Below, in pieces: positions 40,527 through 49,615 of a stretch of DNA of 64,000 nucleotides. This DNA is from an uncultured Bdellovibrionales bacterium. GTDB lineage: Bacteria; Bdellovibrionota; FAC87; UBA2466. Both the position numbers and the translations under genes were made by a program. The notes below the pieces were generated by a model that did not search any database, was not told the DNA's origin, and worked only from the letters and a program-made list of their open reading frames with translations. Each line of letters starts with the position of its first letter. Within the stretch, counting starts at the first letter, position 1. The stretch is taken from positions 4,861 through 68,860 of the forward strand of contig CALCZU010000029.1 of the NCBI GenBank assembly GCA_937903155.1. The letters run 5' to 3'.

Positions 40527-41164
40527 AAAATCTGAAGCAGTTCCGAAAGTTGATAAAACCCTTTTCGAACTTTAGGTTCTCCTTGAGGCAATTGACTGAG
40601 AGTTCCGAGTCTCACAAATACGTCCATGCCCGCGGCTAAGGCAGATTGAATTCCCGATAAAGCGTCTTCGATCACCACACAATTTTGCGGGGTCATCGCC
40701 AGTTTTTCAGCTGCTTTTAAATAGATTTCAGGCGCGGGTTTCGCCTGCTTCACATCTTCTCCGCTTAAAATCGTTTTCCAAAGACCTCGAGTCTTTGAGT
40801 TTTCGACAAACCATTGTACCAGTCTCGAGCTCGCAGAACTTGCAAGCGCGAGTGGGTAGCGCTGGGAGAGAGCAGATAGAACCTCGAAAATTTCTTTTCC
40901 GATGACGGTAAAGTTTGAGAGTTCTTCAAATGCGAGTTTTCGTTTTTTAAAAATACAGGCTTTGAGTTCTTCTTCGGAAATTTCGTATTTGGCTTCTTTG
41001 AAAAGTTTTCTCATTGCGGTTTCGGTATGCATTCCCGCGATTTCGGGATAATCCCAGTTTTTGACGCCATAAGGACCCATTACTTTTCGAAACGCAGACT
41101 CGTGCGCCGGGGTGGAATCTAAAAGCACTCCGTCCATATCAAAAATAACTGCATCGTACTTCAT
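40523..41164 (-). CDS. HAD-IA hydrolase (beta-phosphoglucomutase-like)
   Basis: AVIFDMDGVLLDS. Confidence 0.8.
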   Translation of the reverse strand: MKYDAVIFDMDGVLLDSTPAHESAFRKVMGPYGVKNWDYPEIAGMHTETAMRKLFKEAKYEISEEELKACIFKKRKLAFEELSNFTVIGKEIFEVLSALSQRYPLALASSASSRLVQWFVENSKTRGLWKTILSGEDVKQAKPAPEIYLKAAEKLAMTPQNCVVIEDALSGIQSALAAGMDVFVRLGTLSQLPQGEPKVRKGFYQLSELLQIL

Positions 41165-42153
41165 GAAATCCGTCTGGCCAGGGCTAAAGATTGCCCCATC
41201 TGATAATTCAATGGGAGACGGCTCAAACGCACTTTTTCGCTGACTTTTTTGATTCCATTAAAGAAAGGAAGATACTGCCCCGCTCTCTCGCAGACATAAC
41301 CAAAAGACAAGGTCTGCCAGTAGGGAGAGGTTTCCACTAATTCAAATCCACATTTTGCGAGAAGCTTCTTTAAACTTTTATTGGTGAAGTAAAGTAAGTG
41401 GACATTAAGAAAAAATGGCCACTTTTCGCTTAAAATTTTGCGAGCATAACTTCCATAGTCGGGATAATTCACTACCAGTACGCCATCTTTTTTCAAAAGC
41501 TTCGCGCAACGTTTCAGTTCGTCTTCAGGATGATAAAGGTGTTCGAGAACATCCCAAAGGGTAATGACGTCGAAAGAGCCTTCTTCAAAATTTTGATCCG
41601 ATAAGGTCCCCGGACGCAAATCAACGCCGTAATGTTTTTTCCCCCACTCACACATCCAACGACTGGGTTCAACGCCCACGGCGTCACAGCCAAGATCTTT
41701 TGCCGCTTTTAAAAATGCGCCGGCAGCGGATCCGATATCCAAAACTCTCAGACCCTTCGCCTCTTTGCCCGAATGCGAAAGCACCTTTTTAAGACTTTTT
41801 TTGAAAGTGGCAATCCGGTATTCGTTTTGCGCCGCAAATCGGTCGTCTTCGGCATTCGAGTACGATTCGTAAGCGAGTGATTCTTTGATTCTCGGGTTTA
41901 AATAGGTCAGCTCGCAATCTTTGCAAGTCACTAACTGGTCCCAGAGCGAACTATCGCTTGAGCTGTGGTAAATCTTCAGAAGCTTGTCTTTATTCAAATC
42001 GGACGGATAACGAGCTTTTCGGACGACACGATAGTCGGTCGAGCTGCAAACGGGACACCTCACCGTCTCGGTGAGCGAATCGATTTGAGAGGGAGAACTT
42101 TGAAACAAGGTTTTGTCTTCAGGTTTATTCTGCTTATCGAGCTGCGATTTCAT
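41161..42153 (-). CDS. Class I SAM-dependent methyltransferase with N-terminal Zn-ribbon
   Basis: CPVC...CKDC. Motif I VLDIGSAAGAF. Confidence 0.75.
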   Translation of the reverse strand: MKSQLDKQNKPEDKTLFQSSPSQIDSLTETVRCPVCSSTDYRVVRKARYPSDLNKDKLLKIYHSSSDSSLWDQLVTCKDCELTYLNPRIKESLAYESYSNAEDDRFAAQNEYRIATFKKSLKKVLSHSGKEAKGLRVLDIGSAAGAFLKAAKDLGCDAVGVEPSRWMCEWGKKHYGVDLRPGTLSDQNFEEGSFDVITLWDVLEHLYHPEDELKRCAKLLKKDGVLVVNYPDYGSYARKILSEKWPFFLNVHLLYFTNKSLKKLLAKCGFELVETSPYWQTLSFGYVCERAGQYLPFFNGIKKVSEKVRLSRLPLNYQMGQSLALARRIS

Positions 42154-42215
42154 TGACTTGCCTTATTCTTTTCAATAGTTTTTACCTAATATTTTACCAG
42201 AAGGACACTTAGAAA

Positions 42216-43235
42216 ATGCGTAAAAAGGCTCTGATTACTGGAATTACTGGACAAGACGGATCTTACCTTGCGGAACTTCTCTTGAGCAAAGGCTATGAAG
42301 TGCACGGAATCATCCGCAGATCTTCTTCCATTAATACTGCGCGTCTAGAAAACTGCTACCAAGATCCTCACGAAGAAGAAGTTCGTTTTTTTCTTCACTA
42401 TGGCGATTTAGTAGATGGAAGCTCCCTTGAAAAAATCATTCACACGATTATGCCCGACGAAGTTTACAACCTCGGTGCCCAGAGCCACGTCCGGGTGAGC
42501 TTCGATATGCCGTTGTACACGCTCGATACCGTTGCCATGTCGACGGCGCGAATTTTAGAGGCGTTGCGCCATTTTCGAAATGAAAAACAAATCCGGTTTT
42601 ATCAAGCCAGTTCCTCCGAAATGTATGGAGGCGTAAATCCAACGGCATTGTCTGAAACGTCTAGTTTTGTGCCTCGTTCACCGTATGCTTGCGGAAAACT
42701 TTTGGGTTACTACCTCACAATCAATTACCGCGAAGCTTACGGACTTCATGCTTCGAATGGAATCTTGTTTAATCACGAATCTCCAAGACGCGGCGAGACT
42801 TTCGTCACTCACAAGATTACTCGCGGGCTTTCAAAAATCATCGCGAAGAAACAAAAGAAACTTTACTTAGGGAATTTAGATTCCAAACGCGATTGGGGAT
42901 ATGCGAAGGATTATGTCGAAGCCATGTGGCTCATGCTTCAGCAACCCAAAGGAGATGATTATGTCGTCGCTACGGGAGAAACTCACTCCGTCAAAGAATT
43001 CTTAGACGAAGCGTTTGGTTCGGTTTCTTTGGACTGGAAAAAATATGTCGAGATTGATCCACGTTACTACCGTCCGACTGAAGTCGATGTGCTTCTTGGC
43101 GACTATTCTAAAGCTAAAAAAGTCTTAAATTGGGAACCCAAAACCAAGTTTAAAGAACTGGTACGAATCATGGTCGAGGAAGATTTAAGAAAAGAAGGAC
43201 TCGATCCCGAAAAGTACATGAAATCGCAAAGCTAA
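42216..43235 (+). CDS. gmd: GDP-mannose 4,6-dehydratase
   Basis: [33 protein letters not shown] and the catalytic YxxxK. Confidence 0.9.
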   Translation: MRKKALITGITGQDGSYLAELLLSKGYEVHGIIRRSSSINTARLENCYQDPHEEEVRFFLHYGDLVDGSSLEKIIHTIMPDEVYNLGAQSHVRVSFDMPLYTLDTVAMSTARILEALRHFRNEKQIRFYQASSSEMYGGVNPTALSETSSFVPRSPYACGKLLGYYLTINYREAYGLHASNGILFNHESPRRGETFVTHKITRGLSKIIAKKQKKLYLGNLDSKRDWGYAKDYVEAMWLMLQQPKGDDYVVATGETHSVKEFLDEAFGSVSLDWKKYVEIDPRYYRPTEVDVLLGDYSKAKKVLNWEPKTKFKELVRIMVEEDLRKEGLDPEKYMKSQS

Positions 43236-43328
43236 AATTTTCGCCTATTCTTTCTGCCGGTCGCAAGCTATAGAAAAAGAGTCACAAATGGGAGTGACAT
43301 TTTCATTCCGTTTTAAAAGGAGATAGCA

Positions 43329-44687
43329 ATGGCAGAAGAAACTTTGGGCGCCGGTCTCACAGTCCCTTCTTTTAAGACGAAGACTTTTTCAAAAAATATT
43401 GAACACTCGCCGCAGTTCCGCAAACGACGCGCGATTAACTGGCTCACCCTCGGCTTTACTTACTCCGCGATGTACATGGGGCGGTACAATCTCTCCTTCG
43501 CAAATAAAGCCTTGTCCCAAGCATACGGCTGGGACAAAACGCAAATCGGTGCGCTCATTACGGCTGCCCTTTCCATTTACGGATTTTCGGCGATCTTCAA
43601 CGGTCCCATCACCGATAAAATCGGGGGTCGAAAGGCGATGCTCATCGGGGCGACGGGCACGGTGGTTTTCAATCTCCTGTTTGGTTTGGGAGCCTACATG
43701 GGCTTTCTGGGGACGGGGACTTTGCTCTTAACTTATTTTGCGAGCGTCTGGGCTTTAAATTCTTATTTCCAGTCGTTTAGCGCCTTGTCTTTAATTAAAG
43801 TAAATGCCTCATGGTTTCATATTCGGGAGCGAGGCGTCTTTTCGGCCATCTTCGGATCGATGATTCAGAGCGGGCGAGCACTTATCTTTTTTGTGGGAGG
43901 AATTCTCGTCACAATTCTCCCCTGGCAGTGGGTTTTCTTCGTACCTGCGATCATCGTCGCGTTCATGAGTTATTTGACGTTTCTCTTCGTCAAAAATAAT
44001 CCTGAGGATTGTCAGTTGCCGGCGCTCGATGTGGAAGACGCTTCGAGTGGAGACACCGAAAAAGTCACTGTCGGATACGTGCTTAAAAAAGTTCTCACCA
44101 ATCCTATCACTCTCACCATTGCGGTGGCGGAATTTTGCACCGGTCTGGTTCGTCACGGTTTTGAACAATGGTTTCCTCGTTACATGCTCGAAGCCCAGCA
44201 CATGACCCTCGAATCTTCCATCTTTCAAAAAGGCGCATTGTCCGTTGTTTGCGCGGGAATTTTAGGAGCCTTTTTTGCCGGAACGATTTCGGACTGGGTT
44301 TTTAAAGGACGCCGTACTCCGGTAGCGTTTCTCGGATATTTTGTTCAAATCATCTGTCTTGCGGTCGTTTGGAAAGCCCCTTCCATTGAGTGGATTATCG
44401 GCGCTTTTATTTTGAATTCGTTTGCAATCAGTGTCGTTCATTCGATGCTGTCCGGTACGGCTTCAATGGATTTTGGTGGAAAGAAAGCTGCGGCGACAGC
44501 GGTGGGAATTTTTGATGGAATGCAATATTTAGGCGGATCTGTTGTGGGAATCGGGATGGGTTATCTTTTAGATAACTATGGATGGTCCGCGTGGGGCCCG
44601 AGCATGATTTCATTCTCATTCATTGGAGCCGTGCTCATGCTATTTATTTGGAACGCGCGTCCAAAAACAAAAGCCGCGGCACACTAA
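43329..44687 (+). CDS. MFS transporter, organophosphate:Pi antiporter (GlpT/UhpC-like) family
   Basis: Twelve transmembrane helices. The patterns R.N..FA... and WF.IRERG resemble GlpT. Confidence 0.7.
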   Translation: MAEETLGAGLTVPSFKTKTFSKNIEHSPQFRKRRAINWLTLGFTYSAMYMGRYNLSFANKALSQAYGWDKTQIGALITAALSIYGFSAIFNGPITDKIGGRKAMLIGATGTVVFNLLFGLGAYMGFLGTGTLLLTYFASVWALNSYFQSFSALSLIKVNASWFHIRERGVFSAIFGSMIQSGRALIFFVGGILVTILPWQWVFFVPAIIVAFMSYLTFLFVKNNPEDCQLPALDVEDASSGDTEKVTVGYVLKKVLTNPITLTIAVAEFCTGLVRHGFEQWFPRYMLEAQHMTLESSIFQKGALSVVCAGILGAFFAGTISDWVFKGRRTPVAFLGYFVQIICLAVVWKAPSIEWIIGAFILNSFAISVVHSMLSGTASMDFGGKKAAATAVGIFDGMQYLGGSVVGIGMGYLLDNYGWSAWGPSMISFSFIGAVLMLFIWNARPKTKAAAH

Positions 44688-44741
44688 AATCAACACGCTA
44701 TCCCTTTTGTAAGTTCTGTAAAATCTGTAAGAGTAGTAAAG

Positions 44742-46388
44742 ATGGTTCTCGCCGATTCGCATTTTCTTTTTATTGACTGCCAAACAACGGGTTTGACTGC
44801 CGAAAAAGCCGAAATCATCGAGCTGGGCTGGAGCTTTTCGTTTGATCAGGAAGAAATTCAAACAAGATTAATCCGTCCCGTCCGCCTGGAAAGCATTCCC
44901 AAAAAAGTGCTGACCATGACAGGAATCAACGAAAAAGAACTTGAGTCGGCTGAGAGTGCGGAGATAATTTGGAAACAGTTTCGCGACGCCGTCGAGGCGG
45001 CTCCCGTCCCTCTCACAGCGATCGTCATTCATTACGCTGCCTTCGAGACGCGTTTTTTAAATCATCTTCGAAAAGAATTCGGAGACTCTCCCGTTTTTGC
45101 ACTTCCTACTTTTTGCACCTATCAAATTGCTAAAAAACTTTACCCCGAGCTTCCTGCGCAGACTTTAAGAGCGCTGGGCGGGCATTTTGATTTTTCTCTA
45201 TCTGAGAAAACGCGCGCTTTCGATCATACTCTCGCCACTCAAAAAATCTGGTCAAAACTCTTAAACGAATTAAAAGAACAATCGATTCACACCGTGGAGG
45301 ATCTTCTTTCTTGGAAAAGTCGAAAGGCAAAAAAGCGCAAAATTTCTCGAAAGTATCTAGTCGAACGAGAGACCCGTCTCGGTTTTCCAGAGGGACCTGG
45401 AATTTACGAAATGCATTCCCGCAGTGGAAAAATTCTTTATATCGGAAAAGCTACCTGTCTCAATTCAAGGGTGAATAGTTATTTCCGGCAGAAACATTCA
45501 AAGAGGTCGCGAATCAATGAGCTTATGGCCCAAGTCGTCGAGGTTAAAGTCCGACAAACGCAGACTCCGCTCGAGGCAGCACTTCTCGAGAGCGATCGGA
45601 TTAAGGAAATCGAACCCCCTTACAACCATTCGCTCAAATCGAATTCTCGTAAGATCCTTTTTTTATCTCCTCAATTGGAGGACATTTCCCCGGTGTATGA
45701 ATTTAAACATCCCGTGGGTCCTTTTACCCACGACCAACCTTTTAATGGATTAGAGCGTCTTCTCCACGCGCAAAAAGGAGAATGGGAAGAACTCGACCCA
45801 TTTACAATGAAACATACGCCTGAAGAATTGAAAGATGCCGTCGAAACTCGTCTTTCAGCTTTAGGCTACGATCTCTCAAACTTAAATCTCCTAAAACTCT
45901 TGAGAGCGGGTAAAAAAATTCAACTGACGCCTAGATTCTCGAACGAAGTGACAGATGAAATTACAGAAGAAGTGGAAGAATCCTCCGAAGAATCGGTCGA
46001 AAGAAAATTATCAAACGCAGTTCGAAGTGTTCATGAAAAGCAATGGATCTGCTGGTTGATGGAATCGCGAGTCTTATGGAAACTTGATACGGGAGATTTC
46101 CGTTTTCTCTTACTCCAAAATGGAAAAATTACGGAGTCGGGATTTATAAAATCCCCCGAGCTGTTGGAACCGCTCAAACGCAAACGCTCGCCTCTTCAAA
46201 ACCGGAAGCTCAGAATCGATTTAAAAACTTACGATCGAATGCGTATTTTAATGAGTGAACTTTCAATGTTCGCAAGGCGAGGGATCGAAATCCAAGTTCA
46301 GTTTTCGCCGACGAGAACGTACGCGACAACGCCCAACGGTTCGCCCTCTTGGTGCACGCGCACTTTAAACAGGGAGAGAAATCATTGA
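44742..46388 (+). CDS. DnaQ-like exonuclease domain + GIY-YIG (UvrC/Cho-like) nuclease protein
   Basis: N-terminal FLFIDCQTTGL is a DEDD fold with Q in place of E. The GIY-YIG motif GIYEMHSRSGKILYIGKATCLNSRVNSYF...PYNHSLK follows. The C-terminal 250 aa are unknown. Confidence 0.75.
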   Translation: MVLADSHFLFIDCQTTGLTAEKAEIIELGWSFSFDQEEIQTRLIRPVRLESIPKKVLTMTGINEKELESAESAEIIWKQFRDAVEAAPVPLTAIVIHYAAFETRFLNHLRKEFGDSPVFALPTFCTYQIAKKLYPELPAQTLRALGGHFDFSLSEKTRAFDHTLATQKIWSKLLNELKEQSIHTVEDLLSWKSRKAKKRKISRKYLVERETRLGFPEGPGIYEMHSRSGKILYIGKATCLNSRVNSYFRQKHSKRSRINELMAQVVEVKVRQTQTPLEAALLESDRIKEIEPPYNHSLKSNSRKILFLSPQLEDISPVYEFKHPVGPFTHDQPFNGLERLLHAQKGEWEELDPFTMKHTPEELKDAVETRLSALGYDLSNLNLLKLLRAGKKIQLTPRFSNEVTDEITEEVEESSEESVERKLSNAVRSVHEKQWICWLMESRVLWKLDTGDFRFLLLQNGKITESGFIKSPELLEPLKRKRSPLQNRKLRIDLKTYDRMRILMSELSMFARRGIEIQVQFSPTRTYATTPNGSPSWCTRTLNRERNH

Positions 46389-48784
46389 AAACGAAGGTCT
46401 CTCTGTCAGTCCGTGATTTTGCACTGCCAGTTCCGCGAACGGGAAGTATCGAAACGCATTCCGGCTACGGACGGATGCCCGTAGAGGGGCAAGAAGTTCA
46501 TTTACGAATCCAAGAAAAGCGCTCAAAACAAAATTCGGAATACCAAGCTGAAGTCAAAATTGAGGCTGAGTTCGAACGCGAAGAATACCTCTTTCAAATC
46601 GGAGGGAGAATCGACGGCCTTTTCGCAAGTGATCCTCCCCATATCGAAGAAATCAAATCGGCTTTTAGCATCCAAGAGCTAACGAAAAAACTTATCTATC
46701 AATGGGATCATCCCTATTCACTCCAGCTACAAACCTATGGCTATTTTTATTTCTTAAAACACGGAATTGAACCAAAGCTGACATTTCATTTAGTTTCACT
46801 TCGCAACTTTCAGTCGGAAGACCTAAAAATTGCTTTTAATCGCGCTCAGTACGAGACCTATTTGAACCAGCGTTTAGAGGAACTCGTCAAAGAAACTCGC
46901 GAGAATGAAGCTCGAGCGCTCAAACGAAAAAAAATGGCATCCAAACTCACATTCCCTTTTGAAAACCCGCGAACCGGTCAAACGGATCTGATCGAGAGTA
47001 TCGAAAAGGGATTTCAAACGCACTCACGGATGCTCATTCAAGCCCCGACAGGCCTTGGGAAGACGATCGGTGTACTTTATCCGAGTTTAAAGGAATCGCT
47101 CGAGCGAGGGCAAAAAACGATTTACGTTACTCCCAAAAATAGCCAGCATTCCGTCGCTGAAGACGCGGTTGAGAGAATCCAGCAGGCGGGCGCAAAAATC
47201 AAATCGCTGACCATTACTGCAAAAAGTAAAATTTGTTTTAAGAACGAACCGCTTTGCAATCCCGACTATTGTGAGTACGCAAAAGATCATTACACAAAGC
47301 TTCATGAAAACAATGTCGTGGCTCTTCTTTCAAAAAAGAAAAAACTCACCCATCGGGTTTTCAGAGCCTTGGGCGAAGAGTTTCAAGTCTGCCCTTTCGA
47401 ATTGCAATTTGAAGCCGCTCAGGATGCGGACGCCGTGATTTGCGATTACAACTATGTTTTCTCCCCGCGAGCAAGTCTGGGTAGAATGGGCGTACCCACC
47501 CTAGGACAAACGGGAAAACCCAATTTAGTCATTGATGAAGCGCACAATCTTTTATCGCGAGCCATGGGATATTACTCGCCCGAACTTTCGACTTACGTTT
47601 TAGAAAAAATGCGTTTCTCCGTTCGCGAATTACCCTTACGATTTCGTTCGGATGCTGAAACGCTTTTAAATGACTGTCTACAGACGGTTAGCTCTTGCCG
47701 TCCTGAAGGTTCTACCCAGAGTGTTTTAATCGATCCTCCGAGGGCTATCTTCTTAGAACAAGAGGAGGATTTACGGAATTTTCTGTCTCGATATCTAGAG
47801 TCGGATGTCGAGATTCAACCACGCGATGTGGTCCTGCGACTCGTTTACTATTGGTCTCAGTTTACGGCCGCACTGGATTTTGTGGCAGAACCGAAAAGAC
47901 CTGAGTTTTTCACTTTTTTTCAACCGGAAAGAGTCGGCAATGGCGGCACCATTAAAATTGCTTGCTGTGATGCTTCGGAGATGCTCAAAGCCTGTTACGA
48001 CGAGTACGATCAGGTCGTGGGCTTTTCAGCAACTTTAAAACCTTTTCATTATTATGCAAAACTCTCTGGACTCGAGCTTGAAAAAATCAAGGTGGCCGAG
48101 TTTCAATCGCCGTTTCCTAAGACCAATCGCAAGGTTTTGATCATTCCTGAGATCTCCACAAAATATTCCAACCGAGAAAAAAATTACAAAAAAATTTCGG
48201 AAGTGATTCACAAAATTTCTCAAGTGAAACCTGGGAACTACTTTGCTTTTTTCCCCAGTTTTGAATTCCTTGAAAAAGTTGCCGCAGAATTTCGGGCACC
48301 CGAAGGTATCGAAGTGATCCGCCAACAAAAAGACATGAAAGCAAGCGAGATTGAGGGCGTCGTAGACCACTTGAAATCTCGGGTGCGTCCCACGATTGTG
48401 TTTGCGGTTCAGGGAGGCGTGTTTTCAGAGGGCGTCGATTACCCCGGAGAGACAATTATCGGAGCCTTTGTGATTGGTCCCCCTCTTCCGAAGTTTGATC
48501 TCGAGCGCGAAAAAATGCGCGAGTTCTATGACAAAACTTATCAATCTGGATTTGAATACGCCTACAGCTATCCCGCAATGGCGAAAGCCGTCCAATCCGC
48601 GGGACGGGTCATCCGGTCCGAGACAGATAGAGGGCTGATTGTTCTCATGGACAGTCGTTTTATCGAAATGGGCTATGCCTCTTCCATGCCGACCGATTGG
48701 TTTGAAACGAGCCCCCGCGAGCTTGTTTCCCAGGCTATCTTAAAAGAAGTAAAGGATTTCTGGACCGATCCGTTGACACCGTAA
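46385..48784 (+). CDS. RecB-like PD-(D/E)xK nuclease domain fused to XPD/DinG-family Fe-S helicase
   Basis: N-terminal GGRIDGLFASDPPHIEEIKS and QTYGY. Walker A QAPTGLGKT. A Fe-S cluster with four Cys (CFKN, LCNP, YCEY, VCPF). DEAH box VIDEAHNL and motif VI QSAGRVIR. TTG at 46385 after GGAGAG, overlapping the upstream stop; alternative starts are 46349 and 46475. Confidence 0.75.
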   Translation: MKTKVSLSVRDFALPVPRTGSIETHSGYGRMPVEGQEVHLRIQEKRSKQNSEYQAEVKIEAEFEREEYLFQIGGRIDGLFASDPPHIEEIKSAFSIQELTKKLIYQWDHPYSLQLQTYGYFYFLKHGIEPKLTFHLVSLRNFQSEDLKIAFNRAQYETYLNQRLEELVKETRENEARALKRKKMASKLTFPFENPRTGQTDLIESIEKGFQTHSRMLIQAPTGLGKTIGVLYPSLKESLERGQKTIYVTPKNSQHSVAEDAVERIQQAGAKIKSLTITAKSKICFKNEPLCNPDYCEYAKDHYTKLHENNVVALLSKKKKLTHRVFRALGEEFQVCPFELQFEAAQDADAVICDYNYVFSPRASLGRMGVPTLGQTGKPNLVIDEAHNLLSRAMGYYSPELSTYVLEKMRFSVRELPLRFRSDAETLLNDCLQTVSSCRPEGSTQSVLIDPPRAIFLEQEEDLRNFLSRYLESDVEIQPRDVVLRLVYYWSQFTAALDFVAEPKRPEFFTFFQPERVGNGGTIKIACCDASEMLKACYDEYDQVVGFSATLKPFHYYAKLSGLELEKIKVAEFQSPFPKTNRKVLIIPEISTKYSNREKNYKKISEVIHKISQVKPGNYFAFFPSFEFLEKVAAEFRAPEGIEVIRQQKDMKASEIEGVVDHLKSRVRPTIVFAVQGGVFSEGVDYPGETIIGAFVIGPPLPKFDLEREKMREFYDKTYQSGFEYAYSYPAMAKAVQSAGRVIRSETDRGLIVLMDSRFIEMGYASSMPTDWFETSPRELVSQAILKEVKDFWTDPLTP

Positions 48785-48836
48785 TGCGCTGCAATTAAGC
48801 CCAACTCAACAACTTGAACGAACGGAAGGAAGTTAT

Positions 48837-49202
48837 ATGATTCGTTTACTTTTCACTCTCTCTTTACTGGCATCGGCTCCACTTCTCGCGACCGCGAAAG
48901 AGCCCATTCAGTGTGGCAACGTCAATGGAATCAATGAATGGCGTCTGACGATTGATTTGAAAAATAAAACCGCAAGTTTTTTTGACAATGACAGTACGGT
49001 CACGATCCCTTTTAAGACGAATCAATACTTAAAAAGTAATCCTCCCCAGACGCTTCATCTTTTTGAAGGAAAAGATGGTGTCGGCGAAAATGTTCCGAAG
49101 ATGGGCATCACATTCAATGAAACGAAAATGACCGCTTTCGTGACGGTTAATTTGGGAACGAAAAAAGAAAAGACTTACGAAGCACTCGACGGTTGCAAAT
49201 AA
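48837..49202 (+). CDS. Small secreted hypothetical protein
   Basis: GGAAG upstream. Signal peptide. Confidence 0.6.
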   Translation: MIRLLFTLSLLASAPLLATAKEPIQCGNVNGINEWRLTIDLKNKTASFFDNDSTVTIPFKTNQYLKSNPPQTLHLFEGKDGVGENVPKMGITFNETKMTAFVTVNLGTKKEKTYEALDGCK

Positions 49203-49231
49203 GCTTATTTGGAAAAAACTTTGGATGAGTC

Positions 49232-49266
49232 GTCAATGCGAAGGTGCGTAGCACCCTCGCATTGAC
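49232..49266. terminator. Bidirectional hairpin terminator between convergent genes
   Basis: GTCAATGCGA-a-GGTGC-gta-GCACC-c-TCGCATTGAC forms 15 bp. A T6 run sits on the minus-strand side. Confidence 0.5.
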
Positions 49267-49300
49267 CGATTTCTAATACCTTTTAAAGAGCCTTTAAAAC

Positions 49301-49549
49301 TTACTTTGCTTTTTTATCCGCTTTAGCGGTAATTTTCGAAGCGGTCATCGTGTACTCAATGGTCGCCTTTGAACCAACTTTAAGCTCGCCGTCGACTTTA
49401 GTCGCGGCACTTTTTTCGACTTCCCACTTTTCTTTTCCTTTTTGAACGACGATTTTCGAATCTGTCACTTCAAGAATGGGACCCGTGACCTGATACGCAA
49501 ACGAAGCACTCGCCGCCAAAACACCTAACAAAATACACTGATATTTCAT
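49301..49549 (-). CDS. Small secreted hypothetical protein
   Basis: TAGGAGAGAATTC upstream. Signal peptide. Confidence 0.6.
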   Translation of the reverse strand: MKYQCILLGVLAASASFAYQVTGPILEVTDSKIVVQKGKEKWEVEKSAATKVDGELKVGSKATIEYTMTASKITAKADKKAK

Positions 49550-49615
49550 GAATTCTCTCCTATGATTAAAACGCTAAATTTAGGCCCGAGAAGAATCCCT
49601 CGGCAAGCGCAAAGA

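Noticed and set aside
43270-43290. GTCAC-aaatggga-GTGAC inverted repeat upstream of the MFS gene
   Set aside because: The stem is only 5 bp, and it is not associated with a gene end or a promoter element.
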